Of a stretch of 64,000 nt of DNA, positions 58,191 through 64,000 are shown in pieces. Numbering within the stretch: position 1 is the stretch's first letter; each line of letters opens with the position of its first letter. The stretch is taken from positions 33,124 through 97,123 of the forward strand of contig CAZSIF010000002.1 of assembly GCA_964607155.1 (NCBI GenBank), written 5' to 3'. The notes below the pieces were generated by a model. It was not told the DNA's origin. It ran no database searches and was given only the letters and a program-made list of their open reading frames with translations. Origin of the DNA: an uncultured Oscillospiraceae bacterium (GTDB lineage: Bacteria; Bacillota; Clostridia; Christensenellales; CAG-314). Both the position numbers and the translations under genes were made by a program.

Positions 58191-58407
58191 GACTATCGTA
58201 TTAAACGCTGCTTAATATCCGCATTCTGGTGGTTTAATTGCTTAAAGCGGCGCAGAATCGGTTTTGTTAATTACATCTACGGTTCGCTGTTGACTGAAAA
58301 TAATCGAACTTTTTATCCGCGTTAAACTGTAATGCGGTTGGTGCGGTGCTCGATAATCGAGCGATTTGTGCTTCTTTTTGTGCGTTGTCAAGGAGTATTT
58401 GGGTATT

Positions 58408-58731
58408 ATGGCAACAAGTAAAAATTACCTAATGTTCGTAATGGATCAACTTGCCGATTTAGATGTGTCCTATCGCGGAATGATGGGCGAATACATAATT
58501 TATTATCGTGGCAAAATCGCTGCATATATTTGCGACGACAGATTGTTGGTAAAACCTGTTCCGTCTGCATTGAGTATACTGCCCGATGCTCGTCGAGAAG
58601 CCCCATACGACGGTGCTAAAGAAATGCTTTTTGTTGAAAACGTTGACAATAAAGATTTTATGACGAAACTTTTTGTGGCAATGTACGATGATTTATCCGA
58701 GCCCAAAACGAAAAAAGTACCAAAGAGGTAA
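58408..58731 (+). CDS. TfoX N-terminal-domain protein
   Basis: The pattern ..L..Q L..L..V....MMGEY.IYY.GK....ICDD.L.VK resembles the TfoX_N family. Family resemblance only. Confidence 0.65.
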   Translation: MATSKNYLMFVMDQLADLDVSYRGMMGEYIIYYRGKIAAYICDDRLLVKPVPSALSILPDARREAPYDGAKEMLFVENVDNKDFMTKLFVAMYDDLSEPKTKKVPKR

Positions 58732-58733
58732 CT

Positions 58734-59369
58734 ATGGCGTTTGATTACAAAAAAGAGTATAAGGAGTTTTATTTGCCCAAAAACAAACCGAGTTTGGTCG
58801 AAGTGCCGCCGATGAACTATATTGCCGTTCGCGGAAAGGGCGATCCAAACGTCGAGGGCGGTGAATATAAAGCTTCAATCGGGTTGCTTTACGGCATTGC
58901 GTTTACAATCAAGATGAGCAAATTGGGCGACCACAGGATTGACGGATATTTTGATTACGTCGTGCCGCCGCTGGAGGGTTTTTGGTGGCAGGATGGCGTT
59001 TGCGGTATAGATTATTCCCACAAGGAGGATTACCGTTGGATATCGCTTATTCGTCTGCCGGATTTTGTTACCCGTGCGGATTTTGATTGGGCGGTAGCGG
59101 AGGCAACCAAAAAGAAAAAGACGGATTTTTCCAAAGTGGAATTTTTGACGTATAATGAAGGCTTGTGTGTGCAGTGTATGCACATCGGTGCTTACGACGA
59201 AGAACCGATGACTGTTGCGCTTATGGATAGATTTATTGAACAGAACGGGTACGAAACGGACATTTCGGATCAACGTTTTCATCACGAAATTTATCTTTCC
59301 GATGCGCGCAAAGTCGCTCCGCAAAACCGCAAAACGGTTATTAGACATCCTATTAGAAAAAAGTTGTAA
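58734..59369 (+). CDS. GyrI-like small-molecule-binding domain protein
   Basis: The N-terminus MAFDYKKEYKEFY.PK.KP..VEVP.MNYI.V.G.GDPN is typical of this family. Starts 2 nt after the TfoX-like stop. Confidence 0.78.
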   Translation: MAFDYKKEYKEFYLPKNKPSLVEVPPMNYIAVRGKGDPNVEGGEYKASIGLLYGIAFTIKMSKLGDHRIDGYFDYVVPPLEGFWWQDGVCGIDYSHKEDYRWISLIRLPDFVTRADFDWAVAEATKKKKTDFSKVEFLTYNEGLCVQCMHIGAYDEEPMTVALMDRFIEQNGYETDISDQRFHHEIYLSDARKVAPQNRKTVIRHPIRKKL

Positions 59370-59477
59370 TGTGCAGTTTCGTTGCCGCTATGCCGTTATA
59401 TGCGACGTTAAACACCGCAAAGGTGATTATATTACAAAAATACGCTGTGTGTTGCGTGTGGTGCATAAAAATAATTT

Positions 59478-59512
59478 TGACCGAATGTCAGTTTTGGACA
59501 TTCGGTCATTTT
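59478..59512 (+). terminator. Intrinsic terminator
   Basis: Perfect 12-bp stem tgaccgaatgtc / gacattcggtca, 7-nt loop, then TTTT. Confidence 0.85.
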
Positions 59513-59513
59513 A

Positions 59514-59550
59514 ATGCAAAAATCATGGCGTTGAAAAAGCATTCAACGCC
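59514..59550 (-). terminator. Intrinsic terminator for the minus-strand AT-rich genes
   Basis: Perfect 9-bp stem ggcgttgaa / ttcaacgcc, followed on the minus strand by AUGAUUUUUG. Confidence 0.6.
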
Positions 59551-59636
59551 GTGCTTATTTAATTCAACGTTTTTTTTATTTACAAATCAGAGTGATACAT
59601 TTTGTGTAAAATCCACAGTCGGTTATTGAGGGGGTT

Positions 59637-60011
59637 TTAAATGTTTATATTTGCAATAAGCGATAGCGCTTGAACAAAAAAGCCGAGATATTTTGTTAGA
59701 TAATATGGTTGAGTTGTTGGAACGGCGAGCGTAAAAGTTCTTTCATCAAGTTCAAGATTATATCTGTCTGTAATTTTTTTCAGCTTTTGGCTGTATTGAC
59801 TGATATCGATATCCATTTCGTCCAAATAATCAAGGGTGGTGTGACAATCGCTTAGTATAGGTCTTTCAAGCTCGTCAAAGGATATTTTTATTGCAATACT
59901 ATCGCTGCTGTTCGGAAAGAAAAATGGAATGGCAACAATATAAGAACCATTAAATTCTCTATAAGAAATAGCGTCTGCGTAATTTTTTTTAATTTCATTT
60001 ATGTCAATCAT
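59637..60011 (-). CDS. Small DUF1828-like protein
   Basis: 124 aa in an AT-rich region. The pattern ..F.PNSSDSIAIKIS.....P.LSD...TLDYL.....DIS.....L..I resembles DUF1828. Tentative, and shorter than typical family members. Confidence 0.45.
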   Translation of the reverse strand: MIDINEIKKNYADAISYREFNGSYIVAIPFFFPNSSDSIAIKISFDELERPILSDCHTTLDYLDEMDIDISQYSQKLKKITDRYNLELDERTFTLAVPTTQPYYLTKYLGFFVQALSLIANINI

Positions 60012-60029
60012 GTTTTTCTCCGTTTATAA

Positions 60030-60777
60030 TTATTGTTTAAATAGCTTCTCAAATGAGGCGGCGTTTAATATCGTATTAGATACAAATTCTCCTTTATAAA
60101 AAATTGTCCAGTTATTAAAAACGCAAGGCGCATTTTTTGCTTTTTCAAGGGAATCCATTTTAATAAAGTTGATTGTTATATTATTTTCTTTGGCATAATC
60201 TGACTGCTCTTTTACTTCATGTTCTACATAAGGACATTCATTACTATAGTAAATGGTAAAGTCCTGACTTTCTATTGTCATTGTTCGAGCATTGTCGTTA
60301 AATTTAGGCGTTGCAGGATTATCAAATTTTAGCACTAATAATTCGTACTCGGCAATGCTGTCAACGACTTTAAAGCCAAAGTGTTCAAAAAAATTCTTGT
60401 CGCCCCAAAAAGGTTTTTTCTTTTTGGAAACGAGCGTGCAAATTCCGCTCATTTTTTTTGTTTTTTGCATCATTTATTGCATATTCCAATAGTTCTTTTC
60501 CTATTCCTTTGCCCTTAAAACTACCTGCAACCCATAAGCAATAAATATATTCATAATTTTTACGGCTAACGGGAGCCCAAGCCGTTTCAAGTGGCTCGTA
60601 TTCAATAAATATTTTGCCACGGGCATTTAACTTCCTAAATACATGACCATCCTTAAATTTGTTTTTAATCCAATCCTTTTTGCTGTCCACACCCGCTTGA
60701 TGTTTTTTATCTCCTATTGCGCAACATATATGCTCTTTTTCGATATTTTCTACCGTTAAATTTATGTGTTCGTTCAA
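60030..60777 (-). pseudogene. GNAT N-acetyltransferase with a YoaP-like C-terminal domain, split by a frameshift in a homopolymer
   Basis: ORF 60385-60777 carries the GNAT core (..VAGSFKGKGIGKELLEYAINDAK) and ORF 60030-60473 continues with ..SGICTLVSKKKKPFWGDKNFFEHFGFKVVD plus a YoaP-like tail. The two frames overlap at an A8 run (T8 on plus, 60452-60459). Deleting one A joins them into a single ORF of about 248 aa. Confidence 0.7.
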
Positions 60778-60952
60778 TGAACTTCTCCTTTTGCAAACGC
60801 TTATTTATTGTTTAGCTTATTATACTATTAATTTTCATTTATTTCAATATTTTAACCTCATAGTACTGCAATTTTTTAGAGAAAAACCATCGTATTTCAT
60901 ATCACGCTTTTTTTTGAGAACGGAAACGCCAAGAACTGCTGTGCTTGCGGGG

Positions 60953-60995
60953 GTAAAGAAAAAGGGTCTGACACAAATCGTATCAGACCCTTTTT
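60953..60995. terminator. Bidirectional intrinsic terminator immediately 3' of tRNA-Thr
   Basis: Perfect 8-bp stem gggtctga / tcagaccc with T-runs on both strands. Confidence 0.7.
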
Positions 60996-60996
60996 G

Positions 60997-61072
60997 TGGA
61001 GCTGATGACGGGATTCGGACCCGTGACCTCCGCCTTACCAAGGCGGTGCGCTACCTACTGTGCCACATCAGC
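60997..61072 (-). tRNA. tRNA-Thr (anticodon GGU), CCA encoded, with non-canonical D-stem and T-loop
   Basis: Manual fold of the reverse complement: perfect acceptor GCUGAUG/CAUCAGC, anticodon stem CCGCC/GGCGG, loop UUGGUAA. The D-stem has an A12-C23 mismatch, and the T-loop reads UCCGAAU (C at the nearly invariant U55). Confidence 0.8.
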
Positions 61073-61317
61073 AAAAAATATTCAGTTGTTAAACAGTAGG
61101 TAGCGCCCAAGGCGCTTCCGCGCTACGAGCCAAGCTCTTGCGGACTGGCGATAACAGCACAGTGTGCTGTTATATTACCGTTGCGTCCCTACTGTGCCAC
61201 ACGCGGCATTTGCGTTGTCGTTTTGTTAAATAACAATTCGTCGGCAACAAATTTGCTAAACTTCTGTTTTAATTGCATATTCGCAGAAAATTTCAAAACA
61301 AATCTGCGCCAACACGC
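61073..61317 (-). ncRNA. Structured 5' leader of about 245 nt co-transcribed with tRNA-Thr (unclassified)
   Basis: Lies between a consensus promoter and the tRNA with no credible ORF. Contains a perfect 10-bp hairpin (61151-61173), a GGAA-loop hairpin region (61100-61126), a 14-nt antisense match to the tRNA D-arm (61093-61106) and a 14-nt direct copy of the tRNA 5' part (61188-61201). Confidence 0.4.
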
Positions 61318-61323
61318 CTAACT

Positions 61324-61352
61324 ATTATATATTGAATCGACTTTGTTGTCAA
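61324..61352 (-). promoter_or_regulatory. Perfect consensus sigma-A promoter TTGACA-17 nt-TATAAT (minus strand)
   Basis: The reverse complement of 61324-61352 reads TTGACAacaaagtcgattcaataTATAAT. Confidence 0.75.
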
Positions 61353-61692
61353 CGGTCTGCAACAATTTTTCGCAAAACTTTTCTGCATCGGAATGTGGGT
61401 TTGAATAAACGTCAAATTTCCGAGCGTTCTTTGGGGCGGTATGTATGCGGATAGAATAAGACAGTTTAATTACTTTTTAGCTCGATATTGTTTGTTTTTG
61501 TGATTAGATGTGTTGCCTAAATCTCGCTTTTAATGCCCTTGCCGATATTTTTTTTTGACGTTCTTCGTTTTTTTTTTGTATCGCTGAATAAGTTTTAGCG
61601 GCTATTTGGACGAATTTTCGTCCATTTTCAATATTGTTCTGCGATTGCTTTGGTAAACATAATTAAGCTTTGTGCTACAAATGTGGAATAAA

Positions 61693-61743
61693 GCAAAACG
61701 CCCACCGTTTTGTTTTGGCAACTATGCGTAAAAAAACGGTGGG
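61693..61743 (-). terminator. Probable terminator of the dnaD-like/dnaI-like operon
   Basis: Perfect 11-bp stem cccaccgtttt / aaaacggtggg with a 21-nt loop. A U-rich tract follows on the minus strand. Confidence 0.45.
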
Positions 61744-62019
61744 TGGTTGACGATAAAGTATGCGTTAAGCATTTGTGGCATTTTATCTGTTCTATATTAC
61801 TCTTGATTGTTTGATTTTGGTCTGATGGCAGTGGCGTGGCAAATGCCGCTGTTTTGAGTTGTTGTGGCGTAGGCAAGGCTTGTCGTGCGACTTATTGCGC
61901 CATTAAAAGTGACCTTATTGCAGGTTTAACGGCAGTTGTTGCACAAAAAACACAGATAACGTCTTTTGTGCGGTTTCGTGTGAACTTGCGCTTGCGGCAT
62001 GGCTCTGCACGCTTTTGTT

Positions 62020-62925
62020 CTATAAACGGATTCTTTTATCCTCGCCCTGCATTTCGGCAATAAACGTAACGCTTTTATCCAGTAGTCGCGAGAATATGCG
62101 TTCGTCGTATCTGTCGCGCAGCTCCGATAGGCTCAGGTTGGTGCTTATAAAGGTTTGTTTTCCGCGTGCCAAGCGTTCGTTCAGTACAATGAACATATAT
62201 TCTGCCGTCACGTTTTTGTAGGTTTGCTCCGTGCCGAAGTCGTCAATTGCCAGCACGTCAAGTCCCACAAGGCTTTCGGTAATAAGCTGTCGTGTTCTCG
62301 CGTCGGATAGGTGGCACTCCAAAAAAGACGCGTTCAAGCTGTACGCCGTGGTGAAAAGTGCGGTTTTGCCAAGTCGAACGCATTTGTTGACGCAAGCTGT
62401 TAGCAGATAGGTTTTGCCGGACCCCGTGTTTCCAAGCAGTAAAATGTTGGTCGAGGGCGTTTCGCATAGCTTTTCTGCCTGTCTATACACGCTTTTGTTG
62501 TGTGTATTTGTTTCGGTGGAGCGTTCAAACGTGAAAAGCGGATTGACGACGTCGCTTTCTTTGGTGAGGATTGCCCTAATTTCTTTTTCAAGGCATTCGC
62601 ATGGCTGATTGTTAACAAAGCCGCTGTCGTTGCAGTGCTTGCAGGAAAAACGTGGCTTGAGGTCTGCCTCTGTAAGTCCGTTTTGGGCAAGCAGTCTTTT
62701 TTGTTCGGTAAGGCATGTTGCTTTTTTTGCATCGGCGGCGATTTTTTGTTCGTTGTTTTGTGCCATGACTGCTTGCACGGTTGCCACACGCAGTTCAGTT
62801 TCGTTTTGTTTCCAGCGTGTATCTTTGCGGAGCGTCGCCAGCGTTTGCTCGCAGCGGTCAACGGCAGCGATGCGCCTTTTTTCGACGTTGGCTAAGGCGC
62901 GGTTGATTATTTCCTGCTTTGTCAT
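62020..62925 (-). CDS. DnaI/DnaC-like helicase-loader ATPase
   Basis: Walker A LLGNTGSGKTY, Walker B LAIDDFG, and an N-terminal Cys-rich zinc-like segment CKHCNDSGFVNNQPCEC. Confidence 0.8.
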   Translation of the reverse strand: MTKQEIINRALANVEKRRIAAVDRCEQTLATLRKDTRWKQNETELRVATVQAVMAQNNEQKIAADAKKATCLTEQKRLLAQNGLTEADLKPRFSCKHCNDSGFVNNQPCECLEKEIRAILTKESDVVNPLFTFERSTETNTHNKSVYRQAEKLCETPSTNILLLGNTGSGKTYLLTACVNKCVRLGKTALFTTAYSLNASFLECHLSDARTRQLITESLVGLDVLAIDDFGTEQTYKNVTAEYMFIVLNERLARGKQTFISTNLSLSELRDRYDERIFSRLLDKSVTFIAEMQGEDKRIRL

Positions 62926-63995
62926 AGATCCTCCGATTCGTCAAGTGCGCTAAACAGGGTGCTAAGTTGCTCGTCGGTGTAGTGCCTGCGTTGCATATCT
63001 CTGCCCCCGATAAGTGTTTTAGAGGGTGTGTTTTGTGAGGTTAAACGTTGCTTTTCGGCAACTTCGATAGTTTTTATCCCCTTTTGCTTGCAATCGGCAA
63101 GCAGCTTGTTGATGTAGGACATCGGGTTGGTGGAACCGGCTGCCTTTTCTGCCGCGTAATCCAAAAGTTCTTTGGGAGTAGCCCAGTTTTCCGTCCAAAT
63201 TCTGTACAGGGTTCTATCCGACGAAGTTACTCGACGATCCAGCCCCGCATTGCTTAGCAAACGGCTTATTTTTTCCTCCTCGGCGGCAAGGCTATCAAGA
63301 TATTGGTCGAGTGCGGTAAGCGTAGTAATTCCGTTTTTGTAAAGTTTGTCTATCACAGATGCAACCCCTGCCAAAGTGCGTATTCCGCTACGGAAGCAGT
63401 ACTTGGCAACGGCAATCAATGTTTCGTCGTCGTAGCCCTTGCGTATCCAGTTGACAACGTATTCTTCAACAATCATATCGAGGCTTTGGTAATACACGCC
63501 GATTGACTTGTTTATTTCACGCGCAAGCTCGTACAGGCGAGTCTTTTCCTCGTCATAGCTTTGCATTTCTTTGACGGACATTGCGCCTTTGCGGTAGTAT
63601 TCGCACAATAGCTTATCCAATTTTGACATTCCGCCACTCTTGCAACGCTTTGCAACGTTAACTATCACGTCGGCGGTAAAGCCCATGTCCTTTGTCCATT
63701 TTTCGTAGCATTCCCTATCGGAGTGTTCAAAGTGTCTGCCGGAACCAAGTGCCTTGAATACCGCCTTGAGGTCGTCATCGTACTTTTGTTGGCAATCGAG
63801 GCTATCTGCTACGGCAGCGAGCGTGGTTATCCCTTTCGTAAGCAGATTGCGTGCGACAGTTAGTATGTAGCGGTAGCCGATATTGTTTCCCTTTAGCTCG
63901 GCGCAGTATTTTGCAACTGCAAGCAGTGCGTCTTGCTCAAAGGTGGTGCTTTCCAAGAACAGATAGAATTCGTTGTACTCGTTGACGGTTATCAT
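62922..63995 (-). CDS. DnaD-domain replication initiation / helicase-loading protein (B. subtilis DnaB/DnaD-like)
   Basis: Two copies of the DnaD-like C-terminal repeat (LAVAKYCAELKGNNIGYRYILTVARNLLTKGITTL and IAVAKYCFRSGIRTLAGVASVIDKLYKNGITTL). 4-nt overlap with the loader ATPase gene. The start lies 5 nt from the window edge, so it could be longer. Confidence 0.7.
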   Translation of the reverse strand: MITVNEYNEFYLFLESTTFEQDALLAVAKYCAELKGNNIGYRYILTVARNLLTKGITTLAAVADSLDCQQKYDDDLKAVFKALGSGRHFEHSDRECYEKWTKDMGFTADVIVNVAKRCKSGGMSKLDKLLCEYYRKGAMSVKEMQSYDEEKTRLYELAREINKSIGVYYQSLDMIVEEYVVNWIRKGYDDETLIAVAKYCFRSGIRTLAGVASVIDKLYKNGITTLTALDQYLDSLAAEEEKISRLLSNAGLDRRVTSSDRTLYRIWTENWATPKELLDYAAEKAAGSTNPMSYINKLLADCKQKGIKTIEVAEKQRLTSQNTPSKTLIGGRDMQRRHYTDEQLSTLFSALDESEDL

Positions 63996-64000
63996 TCTGC

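Noticed and set aside
57281-60996. Integrative element with att repeats at tRNA-Thr.
   Set aside because: No integrase or recombinase gene is present, and I could not find a repeat of the tRNA 3' half. The only tRNA-derived repeat is of the 5' part and lies upstream of the tRNA.
61073-61317. SRP (4.5S) RNA, 6S RNA, tmRNA or a second tRNA in the tRNA-Thr leader.
   Set aside because: A GGAA tetraloop hairpin is present, but the conserved SRP domain IV strings (GGUCCGGAAGGAAGCAGC-like) are absent. There are no tmRNA ends and no cloverleaf: after the shared 5' 14-mer there is no anticodon or T arm. It is left unclassified.

Overview
64 kb chromosomal segment that looks like Bacillota, probably a Clostridia-like anaerobe. 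Supporting signs are GGAGG-type ribosome binding sites, many lipobox lipoproteins, a DnaD/DnaI-type helicase-loader pair, YhaO/YhaN-like, DegV and a YhcN/YlaJ-like protein. GC is mid-range by eye (about 45-50 percent), with clearly AT-richer patches at about 50.4-55.2 kb and 59.4-61.0 kb. All family calls rest on motifs I can read in the translations, not on database searches.

Gene content:
- Housekeeping genes: prmC, prfA, clpB, pyk, pgi, hisS, deoC, an RluA-family pseudouridine synthase, an ABC-F ATPase, a P-type ATPase, a PepF-like peptidase and a DUF1846 protein.
- An 18 kb Gram-positive starch/maltodextrin utilisation locus (7.2-25 kb). It encodes a modular surface binding lipoprotein, a solute-binding protein plus two permeases, a GH13 lipoprotein, an abnormally long MalK-type ATPase, a pullulanase lipoprotein, a cytoplasmic GH13 and a GH53 galactanase.
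- A YhaO/YhaN-like nuclease/ATPase pair.
- A TetR-controlled ABC exporter with two ATPase genes.
- A small accessory stretch between tRNA-Arg(ACG) and tRNA-Thr(GGU).

No transposase, integrase, CRISPR array or rRNA is visible.

Most unusual observations:
1. An 870-aa MalK/MsmX-like ATPase with two extra TOBE-like modules and a coiled coil of about 230 aa.
2. A G9 homopolymer inside the -35/-10 spacer of the promoter-like element in front of the starch locus.
3. A leader of about 245 nt, driven by a perfect consensus promoter, upstream of a non-canonical tRNA-Thr. The leader contains a 14-nt exact antisense copy of that tRNA's own D-arm and a 14-nt direct copy of its 5' part.
4. A GNAT/YoaP-like gene split by a frameshift in an A8 run.
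5. A ribbon-helix-helix protein apparently co-transcribed with clpB.

I cannot show that any of these is a truly new system. Each needs the checks listed with the finding.
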